Shown piece after piece: positions 46,977 through 63,830 of a DNA stretch of 64,000 nt. The DNA is taken from NCBI RefSeq assembly GCF_009914755.1, contig NC_060941.1; one strand, written 5' to 3'. The notes under the pieces were generated by a model. It was not told the DNA's origin, did no database searches, and saw only the letters and a program-made list of their open reading frames with translations. Position 1 is the first letter of the stretch; each line of letters begins with the position of its first letter. The position numbers and the translations under genes are program-made. The DNA is from the human T2T-CHM13v2.0 reference genome, Homo sapiens.

Positions 46977-47298
46977 GGACACAGGTGCTGTCTATGGTTG
47001 AATGACGCTGTGTTGGACTCGGGCTGGGCTGTGTGTTGTGTGGACACAGGTGCTCTCTATGGTTGAATGAAGTGGTGTTGGACTCGGGCTGGGCCGCGTG
47101 TTGTGTGGACACAGGTGCTCTCTGTTGTTGAATGAAGTGGTGTTGGACTCGGGCTGGGCCGCGTGTTGTGTGGACACAGGTGCTCTCTATGGTTGAATGA
47201 AGTGGTGTTGGACTCGGGCTGGGCCACGTGTTGTGTGGACACAGGTGCTCTCTGTTGTTGAATGAAGCGGTGTTGAGACTCGGGCTGGGCCGCGTGTT
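46977..47298. repeat. Minisatellite, 65-bp unit x ~5
   Basis: ggacacaggtgct recurs at 46977, 47042, 47107, 47172, 47237. Confidence 0.96.
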
Positions 47299-49717
47299 CT
47301 GGATAAGTGGCTGTGGAGCACGATGAAGCGTCTATCGCAGCATCATCTCTGCACCCAGATGTGGCCGTGCTGAGTGGATTCCTGCCCCAGATCTTGGGAA
47401 GAAGGTTGGCTTTCCTCCTGGTGTTGGTGGAAGGCCTCCCCGGCGACACTGCTGCACTCCACTGGGGCCTTTCATTGTCCTGTCCCTTCCTGACAAGGAA
47501 ATGGCTGGACACTCTCTTCATGTCAGCACCCCTAGGTGCTGGGGGCTCAAAGATAAGCCAGGCCTGGAAGACCCACCCAGAGCCAGGGGAGCCCACCCCC
47601 AATACACATACTCACCAAGCCACATGCTGCGGTTGGGGGTCCCAGAGGTGTGCTCAGGCCAGCCTGTGGGGACAGCAAAGTGGCCTCCCCGAGAAGGGGG
47701 CCTGTCCTCAGTGTTTCAGAGGCCTCACCTTGTCTCATGCTTGAAATATTTCCTGAAGAATGCCATTTTTGAAATTTATTTTCTAAAGAAAAAAAATCCA
47801 AATATTGAAAGGCTCTGCTTGAATTTTTGTCAACAATTACTATATCAAGAAAATATTTCTGATTTAGGTGGCTCCTTCAGAATATCTGATTCCTGTGTTG
47901 GCTTCTGCGTTGCCTTTGCAGGCCTGTGTCTGTAGGTGAGGTTTTCCTGTTCAGATGGAGCTCTGTGGTGGTAAATGTGGCCTTCCTTGTTTTATGTTAC
48001 GTGTTTCTCTCAACTTCATGAGATCAGACCAGATAGAGAATGTTAAAGAAAAAATATTTCGGGCAATTAGAATTGCAAGAATGTCAAGAAGAAATATGTG
48101 TAGTGAATAGCAGGCTGTAGAAACCATCTCACTGCTCAGATCTTAAAATCTGTAGCCAAGAGAGGCTTTGAAGCACCCAGGGAAGATGCATGTGCCACTC
48201 TGCATTTTGTAAAATTCTGAACCATGGACTTTATTGTAGTGCTCGCTTTGCCGACAGCTGCTTTAGTCGTCGATAATCCCCAAGGATACTTGCGTGTGCC
48301 GTTGCCTTCGTCACCAGGACTTGGAGGAAACTGCAGTGTTGCTATTTGTTATTTCACGTTGATATTTCCTTCCACCTTTGGCCTTGTCCTGCGGTAATTC
48401 CTCATTTAGGATTCCTTTGAATAGTTGGGTCATGGGGAGAGTTCTGACGTTATTTTACTAAGGTGAGGTTTGCTAAGCCATCATTCTTACGTAGATGGCA
48501 GAAAAAGCCATTCGGAGAAAATATCTGAGTCTGTTCCCGCCAGGTTAAATAGAAAGGGGATTTGCCAAGGATCTCCAGAAGACCCGAGAGCCGGTCCCTG
48601 ACGTTATGGTAGGCTTCAAGGGGGCTTCTGTAGCTGCTGAGCAACTGAGACAGTGGAGGAGTCCTAGAAGACCTGCCACCGCCTCCTGAAGAGCCAGGTG
48701 CCTCTGCCACACAGCTCACAGGGTGCTCACCTCCCTGTGGAACGGGGGCCTCGAGTCTCAGGGTCTAGAATTGGATCTTGTAGGTGCATCTGATCATAGG
48801 AACCCAGGTCACATGCTGGCCCCTTAGCTGCAGGAGTCAGGACACAGTCTTTTTTTCCCCACCTTAGTAAGCTATGAACCGTAGCATAAGAAATTGTCAA
48901 ATATATGGAAGGTGTTAAGAAGATTATGGGGAACTACAGATGGCAGATGTCTGCCGTGGTTCCCCATGGGGCATCTTAATGGACGGCTTATTACTAGGTT
49001 TTCAGCTGTGCAAGACCTTTGATTCACCCATGCCTTTCATCTCTGATACCCACTTAGCAGCACATGCTGTTACCTATTCTCTTTGAAATTGAGATTTCTT
49101 TCTTCCTTGTCCCATTCCACTCTTGCCACACCTAGCTCAGGCCTTCTTATTCCACCGTGACAGCTTCCTGGCTAATTTCCCTTCCTCCATTCTTTTTCTT
49201 CCCAAGTAAATGTTAGCCCTTGTCATTAATGTTAGACGTCATCTTCCTGAAAATATCCATTTAGCCAGGTTTATGCCGTGGCAGCTGCAGTGGGGCCCAG
49301 AGGCCTTTCTTCCAGGCCTCTGTTATTGGAATCCACCTCCCGCGTCTATTTGGAGCTATGGGGCCTTTGGAACGGCTTCATGAGATGCGTTGGCCCAAGC
49401 AGAAGGCTGGTACAGAAGCAGAACAAAGCTCTGAGCATTCTGAGAGTTTTCTGTTGAGAAATGCCATGGGCTTATGTCTTCAGCCTGCCTGGGAGCCCTG
49501 CATATTTTTACTTGCCTTGGGGTTGATTTGATGAAGCCTGTACCATGGGTAACATATTGCTGGATAATGAAGAGTGGAAGGAAAATTAGCCCTGAATGAA
49601 TGACTCAGTCCCATGATAATGTGGCTAATTTTAATTTGCATCAGGAATAGTAAAGCTGTGGCCCAGTGTGTTATCAAATAAATCTCTAAACAGCCTTGAA
49701 ATCAATCCATTTATTGA

Positions 49718-50027
<310 letters not shown>

Positions 50028-51406
50028 TGAAAGTTGAAAATCTTGTTCCATGAAATAAATTTTAGAAAATTAGCCAGACATGGTGGCGCATGCCTGTAGT
50101 CTGAGCTACTCGGGAGGTTGAGATGGGAGGATCCGTTTGAGCCCTATTGAAGCAATAGGCTTCACTTTGTATCTTGAACTGGGAAGGAGTGGAGAAAAAA
50201 AAAATATTAGAGCCCTTTGCTATACTTACTTTACGAAGACCAATTATTTGTTGGTTTTTAAGGACCAGAGTTCCCAGGAGTAAGTGAAACACGACTCGAT
50301 CTCTTAAGTGTGCCCAATACTGCCAGCACAACATTCCTCACACCGGTCCAGCTTGCTAGTTACCTTGGATACTCGCCCAAGCTTCAGCTGACTGCGCAGG
50401 TTATTTTCTATATCTTCAGGGTATAAAAACAGTTGTATAGACATACATGCACAACCATGAAAAAAATTTTTGACTATTGTGGTAAAGTCATTTTTATCCC
50501 CACTTCTGCCCCCCCATGCTTATAGAAATAACATGTTTATGGTAGATGGAAAGTGCATACACAGAAGGGCCAGGTACAAAGAAGAAAAGAAGAATCATCC
50601 ACGTTCCTCTGAAGAGGTCAGAATCACTCATGACATCTTGTGTTTTCATTTGGTACGACCTTATATTTGGAATCACAGTTGTGGGTACAGTTTTGTACCC
50701 TCCTCTTTTCAGTTATGTTTGAGCATGTCCTGTGCCATTTAATATTCTTTGAGAACATATTTTTTAAACAGCTCTACTGAGATACAATTCACATACCCCA
50801 GAGTTCACCCATTTACCAACAGAGTTCACCAACAGTTGCAATCTGAAAGTATGTTTTTGTAAAGGACATATACTATTTTATCATGTAACACTGTTTAATA
50901 TACGCCATTTAATTATGCCCTTCAACGTGGAATTTTAGGCTTCCATAGGATACAGTTTATCGTATTTAGATTTTATGCTGTTGAATGACTTGGAATTAAT
51001 TTGTAAGTGTAGAGAAAAATGAATCCTAGGGCTCAGAGCACTGCAGCAGATCACGTATTTTTGCTCTGTGACAAAGTATTTTTATTTTCACTTTTTCTTT
51101 TTTTGTTAATTTCACCCCATAAGGTGTTTCGGGTAGAGGCAAATCCCACAAGTATCCTTGGGGATTATCGACGACTAAAGAACAGCAAAGAAATGGTTCC
51201 TAGCTCCTCACGCAGTCCTTGGTGGGCGGTGGGCTGACTGGCTGCGCACGCTAGGCCTCAAGGTAGAAGCGGTTCATTTAGAGACCCCCAGGCATAGTCG
51301 CATGGCTTCACACACCCGCACCAGGGCTGACCATTTGTTTTTGGAGGAACCACAAAAGGATTCAGTATGGAATTCCTTAAGAAGGGAGTTTCTTTAGTTT
51401 GCTTAA

Positions 51407-51736
<330 letters not shown>

Positions 51737-53913
51737 TAATAAACTTTTTTTCCCCCAGAATAAAACTAGCACCTTTAAAGTGAGCTATAACGATTCCTTT
51801 TATGAAACTTATTTTGTATGCAGTTCTTATTTTGACTTTCAGAAATCTAAATTTCTCAAGGGTCTGTGATGTTGGAACTAAACTCATACCAAGTCCCTTG
51901 TGCAGTTTGCGTGGTGCAGGAAGGGGTGAGCCAAGTGAGGACTGTAGCACTCACGTGTGCGAAGGTCGCCGTGGGCGAGGCCTCCTCATCCCTGAGGCCG
52001 AAATTTTCCTCTTCTCGTTTCCTTTTGATCAGGATGTTCTACAGGGGTGGAGGCAGATTTTAAAAGCAGTGATACATAGACAGAATTTGGCCTAAAAAAA
52101 GAGTAGTACTTAAATCTAAATGAGGCCTCTGGCTCAAGGTAACGAGCTGAGCTCATAGATTCAAGCACCTCTCCCCTCATTCCCAATTCCCATTGAAATG
52201 AACAAAGGAATATAAAAATAGAGAGTCTCCCAAGCTAACACAGTTGCTGCTGGTGATGATGATCTTGTTTTGGACTGCAGGTTTTGGTTGCAGAAATTCA
52301 GTTGGATGTGCTTCCTGCGGGTTTGGTGCTCACTTTGTAGCAGTGCTTGGGGATGGAAGTGAGGGGCAAACTGGCTTTTCCTTCTCTTGGACAACTTGGT
52401 TACCCGCCTCCCCTTCCCTGCGAGGTATATCTACTCTCTTTGCTATGTGTTCTAGTTTCTGACTCTCTTTATAAATTATGCATTTGTGTAGCTTCGGCTT
52501 TGCTCCGAGTTTCTGCTTGATGCTGTGAATCCTAATGAGCGCTCCCGGGAATTGGGTGGCTCTGCCTTCAGACAAACCAGGGGATAGTGAATGTTGTGAC
52601 CTGTGTGGCCAGCCCCAGTCTTGCTTTGTGTTTATTTTCCACAACTCTCAGTTGTTGATGTTGGGAGGATAAGTGTGAGCCACACTCTCAGTGTGGGGGA
52701 CAGAAGGCAGTGATTGGGCTGCTGAACATGTTTAATTTCTTCATTCTGCATGGTGACTTAGGTGTCACTGCACGTCAGCCTGTGAATTTATACCCAAGCT
52801 TGTTTGTGCCACCTGATCACCTGTATCTTTTTAAATATATATGATTTTATCCAATCAGTTATGAAGGAAGACTCTAGTAAGGAAATCCCTTGTGATTTGC
52901 TTTGAATTCTTTGGGAGGTGACAGGCGTTAATAGGTTTTTCACCTGTGAGGTGACATGCTCTGAGCTTACAGGCCTTCGAGTGGAGGTGATCTGGTCTGC
53001 AGGCCCTGTGTGCAATTCTGAAACCCAGAAGCTCTGAACGCTGGATTATTTCCACAGCTCATTTGGTGGCAACGCTTGGCCTGAGCTGGGGTGAGACTGG
53101 ACACTCTTGATTGATTCCATGGAGAGTGGAAATGTTAACGTGGTGAGTGTTGGGTGCTGCTCCAAACCCTCCTGGGTGTGTTAACCCTCCTGGGTGTGTT
53201 ATGTGAGATGGGGCAGAGGGATCACATTATCCTTTCACCAAGCTGAACACTGTGGAATTTCAAAACCAAGCTGGCACCAAAGGAGCATCAAGAACACTGC
53301 CCAGGCTGTTATAATAACATCAGGACCCCACTGCTTGACGGCCCCCAGCCTCTCCCACCTGGAATCCAAAGTGCCGTGGAGATCTTTGAGCCGGGGCACA
53401 GGATCCTTAGGCGTGTGCTCCAGCCTTTAGTGGGTGCCTCCAGGATGGCTGGGAAGACCAGTCATGAGTCAGAACTTCAGAATCTGAAAAATCCTTAGCA
53501 CCTGAGAGGTCATCTGTCTCCACCCCCTCACTTTAAGGATGAGGAAACTGTTCAGGAGGGATTGAAATTTACCGTCATGTCCAAGGCCATGCATTGTTAG
53601 TGAGCATTTATAGTTTTATAGTTTCTCAAAATGATACTCTTTTCAAATTCAAAATTAACCTATGGGGATATAACGATGTCATCTTAAATTACATTGCATT
53701 GGAGGAAAATGTCTTAAAGTCAAAAAACTTATGTAATATTATGCAGTTTTTGGCACATTAAATTTGATAGCCCTTACATTTTAAACATTCTGTAACTGTT
53801 ATTAAAAAACATTAATCAAGAGTTTTTGAAACGAGGTTGCCATAGAAATGAAAATACAATGCCAAAAAGACATTTTAGGTATAGCTAAGAATTTAAAAAC
53901 TTACTAAATTTGA

Positions 53914-54215
53914 GGCCAGGTGTGGTGGCTCACACCTATAATCCCAGCACTTTGGGAGGCGGATGCTGCCAGATCACCCGAGGTCAGGAGTTCAAGACCA
54001 GCCTGGCCAACATGGCGAAACCCCATCTCTACTAAAAATACAAAAAGTTAGCTGGGCATGCTGGTAGGCGCCTGTAATCCCAGCTACTTGGGAGGCTGAG
54101 GCAGGAGAATCGCTAGAACCCAGGAGGTGGAGGTTGCGGTGAGCCGAGATCGTGCCACTGCACGTGATCGTGGTCAACAGAGCAAGAGTCTGTTTCAAAA
54201 AACAAAACAAAAAAC
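53914..54215 (+). mobile_element. AluSx-like
   Basis: Sense Alu; aaaacttac[t/c]aaatttga on both flanks. Confidence 0.88.
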
Positions 54216-56049
54216 TTACCAAATTTGAAATTAGGCTCACAGTGTTAAAATCTGCAGAGGAGCAAGACGTATTTTTTTTGGCTTAAGGATATGTGATAGT
54301 ACTGTCTTTTGCCCAGTTTTGGAGTTAAATTGGTAGCTAGATATTAGAGCTAACACGTTGTTCTAGTTCATGTGTGAGTGTATTCGCGAGGTGCTTTTCT
54401 TGTTTTCTTTAAAAGTATAATGCAGGATGTAGGGTTAGGTGTGTATTGTATAAACAAGATGAATGAAATTAATTTATTTCTTGTCTTCATTCTTGTCTTT
54501 GTATAGTGTAGCTACTTTCACACATTCCAGCTGAGGGCCATGCCTTCCTATTGCTGGCCTGTAAAGAAGTCAGAAATGGTCTCTCTAGGTAGCATTTGGT
54601 GAGTCAGGAAGACCACACTTGCTGACAGGCACAGTGAGGTGAGGCCCCTAGCCATCCCATGGGACTAAAGGATGATTCTTGGGCTTCTATTAATACTTTT
54701 GTGTAAGGGACTCAGAGATCTTCAGAGATACTTTTATAATTAACTAGAGCTACTCATTTGACTGAGAATGTTAAATTTTAAAAATTTAATTAGCTGCATT
54801 TGTAGAGGTGGAGGGAATATGACTTGTCTAAAATGACAGCCGAGGTAGCAGAAATAGGAATCAGTCAGAGGTGTTGGGAATGCCGTATCACCGCCCTGTG
54901 TCGGCCTCTGCCGCCTCCCCAGCCCCGAGACGCAGAGGAGGAAGCAGACCCAGCAGCCGCAGAGCCTCTTCACCCAGCGAGCTTGCCCTAGTCCTGGCTG
55001 CCCCACTTGCTCGCTCCCTGGACTTGCAGCCGCCCCTTACTCCCTGGATTCCTCGCTGGGAGGGGAACGCCACCACCTAGTTCATGTCCCTGTGGTGAAG
55101 GATGAAGTGGACTGTGCGTCTACACTGCACGGCTCAGGGAATAAGCACTAGCACAGGGAGTCACCATTGATCCGAAGTGCTGGGACTGAGTCCCAAACCT
55201 GGCTGTGAATTTCCCGGGGGCAAGAAAGAACAGGGTTGTGTGGGAAGTTACTGAGCATACATCAGCCCAGAAAAACAGCTCTGCCCACCTTTTCCTGGGG
55301 CGCACGGAGCATGTGGATAAACGGGGAGAAAGCACTGCCAGACAAGCCCCAGGGCAGCGGCGGTGGCACTTGGCCACGGGAGCAGCAGGTGGGTGTCTCA
55401 GATTCGGCCCGTTAATGCTGTTTCTTCCACGGGCTTTTGCTAGAGGAGCCTAACATCAGTTTAAGGCCTATTCTCTTTGCAGATTAGGGACAAGATAAGA
55501 AGCCAGTGGGGAACCAGTTAAGCTGTGGGGAAGCACAAGGTCTATTAGAAGGCTTCCCTTCCCACAGAGGGACCCTGCAGATGACTGTAGGCAAAGCCAG
55601 CCTCTTCCTTTAGGAAGCAACTTGGAACTTGCGCCAGGGTTTGAATCAATCCCTCTCCATATTACAGGGCATGAAAGGAACACCCTTGATTTAAAAGTGT
55701 TGTGAGGCAGGTGTTAACAGCTGTTCACCATGGCCACAGGAAGACCACAGAAACGTTTCCAGGAAATGTCTAGTTTTAAGCAGTTTATCCTCAAAGGCTG
55801 AGTTTGCTATACAATAATTGGGATTTGGGATTATGGATACTGATCACTTAAATATTGGAGGATGACTAATTAAATACAGTGACTTTTGTTGTTCTGATTT
55901 TTAGTGCTTTCTCCTGATAATAGATGAAGGGGCCATTTGTCTCTTACGCTTCATAATGGAGGCTTCTGTTACATGTCTGTGGGAAGACATTCTTCTCCTA
56001 GTATATCCACGGAGGCAGAGATGCAGTTCCTTTAGAAAGTGATATTATT

Positions 56050-56389
<340 letters not shown>

Positions 56390-56439
56390 TTAAGAGAGGA
56401 GGCACTAAAATGCTTCCTTTTTCCTATACAACTTTAAAT

Positions 56440-58200
<1,761 letters not shown>

Positions 58201-59121
58201 CTGTACCAAAATACATGTCTTCCCTCACTCAGCAGGTAGTTAGCACCTGGTCCAGGCCAGGGTTTTGTTCAAATGAGTGGACTTGAGTCTCTAGCCCACT
58301 GAGGAGCATCCATGGGCCGGAGCTCTGCCGGGAGGAAAGGACAGGTGTGATCGCAGCGTTCCCCAGCTGGCTCCACCCCGATGGGGAGTGTGGAAGGTGT
58401 GTTGAGGGGTATCCAGAGAAGGCCTCCCCAAGAAATTGATCTTTAAACTGAGATCTGAAGAGAGAGTCAGAGCCGGCCAGGTGACCCGGGGGAGGGGAAC
58501 TCCCAGCAGAGGGAACTGTGGATTTGAGGGCCGAGAGGTGAGTGTGGCCAGGCCGCAGTGTAAGTACGAGGAATGAGTAGTGAGTAGATGGTCCACGGAG
58601 AGTGAACAACGCAGGCAGTGAAGGCACTCTAGGAGAACCAGGCAGCATCACTGATGTGAACGAATGTAAACTAAATCAATACGACAGCTTTTCTCATTAA
58701 ATGATTGATGGTTTTAAATAACAAGAATTTTACATCTGGTTTAATATCTGGTGGGAGTGTAAATTTGTGTAATTTTTTTTGCAAAGGAATTTGGCAGAAT
58801 GTATTGAGTGCGTTAAAATGTTTATATCTTTTGATCAAATAATTCCATTTCTGGAGATTTATCATAAGGAAGCCTGAGAATAGCCCTTCCTGCCACGTCC
58901 CTCTCACCACCTGTCCCCTTTGCTGTGAAACCCTGCCTTCAAAGAAGGGCGTTACTCCTGCACTAGGGCTGGGGTAGCCAGGTGACAGGCGGAGGACTGG
59001 CTGGAGGGCAGGTGGGTAGGGAAGGGGCTCAATGTTCTGGGGGACATTTTAAAAGCTGGAAAAACACATAAACGAGTTCCATATTGAAATATTTATTTAT
59101 TTTTTTCTGTTGTGTTTTCAG

Positions 59122-59224
59122 ATGAAGACAGTCAGTGTTGCCTTAGTTTTGTGCCTGAATGTTGGTGTGGACCCTCCCGATGTGGTGAAGACCACGCCCT
59201 GTGCACGCTTGGAATGCTGGATCG
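59122..59224 (+). CDS. RPTOR: RPTOR (regulatory-associated protein of mTOR) internal coding exon 2, 103 nt, start of the Raptor N-terminal conserved domain
   Basis: Translates to [34 protein letters not shown]+1 nt, matching the recalled Raptor/KOG1 motif. Preceded by polypyrimidine tract and ttttcag acceptor (AG 59120-59121); followed by gtgagt donor (59225-59230). Exon number is from recalled gene structure. Confidence 0.96.
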
Positions 59225-59379
59225 GTGAGTATGCCTCCCTCACGCGCTGCCACAAAGGCCGTCTGGCCGGCTCTGGCCTGGGCGGGGCTCGCCAAGCCTG
59301 TGGTCTGGTCCAGGGGCCCGTCTCCAGCTGTGCAAATCTGAGGGGTTTTTCTTTCTGGAGTCACATCACCTTTGAGTAA

Positions 59380-59790
<411 letters not shown>

Positions 59791-60207
59791 AATTTTCTAC
59801 TTTATATTTGTTCTGTCTGGCACACATAGTATCTATGTACACTTAAAAAAAAAATGGAATGACTGATACCTGCATGGAAATGTAGAAGAGGTAAATGGAA
59901 CCACTTCCAGCAAAGCATCACATAATGGATCATGGCCCATAATAATAATGGCCATCATTTGCTGAATGCTTGTAGTGTGTCAGACGCCACTGGAAGCACT
60001 TTACAATGCTCACAACAACCTTGTGTGGTAGGGTTTTTGCTAATCTCCATTTGAGAGCTGAGGAACATGAGACATAGAGATTAGTAATTTGCTCACGGTT
60101 GTCCTGTAGAGCTGGAATTTGAACCTATGCAGTTCAAGTCCAGAGACTGTTTTTTTTTTTTTTTAAATTGTGGTAAAACATAGACAACACAAAATACCAT
60201 TCTAGGA

Positions 60208-60240
<33 letters not shown>

Positions 60241-60552
60241 TTTCATTCTAGGAATTATTAAGTGTACAATTGAACGACATGAAATAATTCATAATGTTGT
60301 GCAAGCATCCTCACTGTCCATCTCTAGAACCTTTTCACCATCCCAAACAGAAACTCTGTCTCCATTACACAACTCCTCATTCCTGCCTTCCCCTAGCCCC
60401 TAGTAACCGCCATTCCACCATCTGTCTCTATGAATTTGTCATTCTAGGGACCTCATATCAGTAGACTGATATTTGTCCCTTTGTTTCTGCCTTCTTTCAC
60501 TTAGCATAATGCCCCCAAAGTTCATCCATGTCGTAGCATGTGTCAGAATTTC

Positions 60553-61595
<1,043 letters not shown>

Positions 61596-62311
61596 TGAAC
61601 TGTCGGTTTTTTAAAGATCTTTAAAAATAATGAATGTCTTTTATATTTACCTTCATATTTATTGTTTTGAGGACCATTCATTTCTTTCCGCAGTTCCAAG
61701 TTTCTATCTGGTATCATAATCATTCTGCCTGAAGAACTTACTCTAACATATCTTGCAGTGCTGGTCTGTAGGCATTAAATTTTCCTAGATTTCTGTTTGG
61801 AAAATTCTTCATTTTGTCTTTGTGGTTGAAAGGTATTTTTTCGGGGTATGTAATTTTCTGTTGACTCTTTTAGCACTGTCTTTTAAAACAGTCACCTGTT
61901 GTGTTCTGGCTAGCAGTTTCTGAGAAGTCTGCTGTAATTCTTTGTTTCTCTGTATATTTTGCTTCATTTTTCTCTGGCAATCTTCAAGATGTTCCCTTTA
62001 TATTCTCAGTAGCTTTATCTATAACCTATTAGTTTTTTGTTTGTTTGTTTTGGAATTTATTCTCCCCACCCTTTTTTTTTTCTTTTAGAGATGGGTGTCT
62101 CTCAATGTTGCCCAGGCTGGGCTATACTTGAACATCTGGGCTCTAGTGGTCCTCTTGCCTCAGCCTCCTGAGTAGCTGGGACTATGGATGCCCAGTACTG
62201 CACCTGTGAAATTTATTCTTTTTGGGTTTCTGTGAGCTTCTTGGATGTGTAGTTTGATGTCTTCATTTTTGAAAAGTTCCCATTATCTTTTCAAATATTT
62301 ATTGTTTGTTT

Positions 62312-63359
62312 TCTCTCTCTTCTGAGACTCAGCTCTCTATGTATTGTGCTGTTAGACATTGTACCGCAGCTCTTCCATGTGTCTCTCTCTTCTGGGACTC
62401 AGCTGTCTATGTATTCTGCTGTTGGACATTGTACCGCAGCTCTTCTGTGTGTCTCTCTCTTCTGGGACTCAGCTCTCTATGTATTGTGCTGTTGGACATT
62501 GTACCGCAGCTCTTTTGTGTGTCTCTATCTTCTGGGACTCAGCTCTCTATGTATTGTGCTGTTGGACATTGTACCGCAGCTCTTCCGTGTGTCTCTGTCT
62601 TCTGGGACTCAGCTGTCTATGTATTGCGCTGTCGGACATAGTACCACAGCTCTTCCATGTGTCTCTGTCTTCTGGGACTCAGCTCTCTATGTATTGTGCT
62701 GTTGGACATTGTACCGCAGCTCTTCCGTGTGTCTCTCTCTCCTGGGACTCAGCTCTCTATGTATTGTGTCGTTGGACATTGTACTGCAGCTCTTCCGTGT
62801 GTTTCTCTCTTCTGGGACTCAGCTCTCTATGTATTGCACTGTTGGACATTGTACCGCAGCTCTTCTGTGTGTCTCTCTCTTCTGGGACTCAGCTCTCTAT
62901 GTATTGCGCTGTTGGACATTGTACCACAACTCTTCTGTGTGTCTCTCTCTTCTGGGACTCAGCTCTCTATGTATTGTGTTGTTGGACATTGTACTGCAGC
63001 TCTTCCATGTGTTTCTCTCTTCTGGGACTCAGCTCTCTATGTATTGCGTTGTTGGACATTGTACCGCAGCTCTTCCGTGTGTCTCTCTCTCCTGGGACTC
63101 AGCTCTCTATGTATTGTGTTGTTGGACATTGTACCGCAGCTCTTCCATGTGTCTCTCTCTTCTGGGACTCAGCTGTCTATGTATTGTGTTGTTGGACATT
63201 GTACCGCAGCTCTTCCATTGTGTCTCTCTCTTCTGGGACTCAGCTCTCTATGTTTTGTGCTGTTGGACATTGTACCACAGCTCTTCCGTGTGTCTGTCTC
63301 TTCTGGGACTCAGCTCTCTATGTATTGCGCTGTTGGACATTGTACTGCAGCTCCTCCGT
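62312..63359. repeat. Minisatellite, 70-bp unit x ~15, embedded in an old L1
   Basis: tctgggactcagctctctatgtattgtgctgttggacattgtaccgcagctcttccgtgtgtctctctct every 70 bp from 62321, with one 1-bp insertion near 63219. Confidence 0.97.
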
Positions 63360-63830
63360 TTGTTCTCTCCCATGTCACAATGAGCTTTTGTTAGTCTGCT
63401 GATAAACCAGCCAAGGAAATTCTTTTTCTCTGATATTGGGTTTTTTATTTCTAGCATTTCCATTGACTATTTTAGTTTCCATCTCTAGGGGAAATGCATA
63501 TTGCCTGCCTTTCCTTCTAGAGCCTCTGCTGTGTTCATCATAGTTACCTTAGAGTCCTTGATCTATAGTTCAGAAAACAGGGTCAGCCCTGAGTCTGAGT
63601 CTCCTAATTCCTTTATCATCTCTTGACTGTAATTTGCTTTTCCTTGCTTTTTTTGTGCTTTATAAATTTTAATTGCATGCTGGACATTGTGTGTAGAAGA
63701 ACAATAGCGAATGAGGTAAGTTGCATAGTCTATAGTTTAGTAAGTAGTTAACTGGGGTTAGAATTTGTTGTTGTAATGGTTATACCCACTGCAACAGCAC
63801 TCTTAGTTCTTAGAGTGATTAGTTGGTGCT

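Noticed and set aside
51080-51130. Strong pyrimidine tract with aag|gtgttt as recursive site
   Set aside because: AAG acceptor and a poor donor; insufficient support.
59110-59379. 89-aa ORF as a standalone gene
   Set aside because: Only 59122-59224 matches Raptor; the rest is read-through past the GT donor.
62306-63402. 345/347/245-aa ORFs as a novel protein gene
   Set aside because: Translations of a stop-poor 70-bp tandem repeat, open in several frames at once, with no gene structure.
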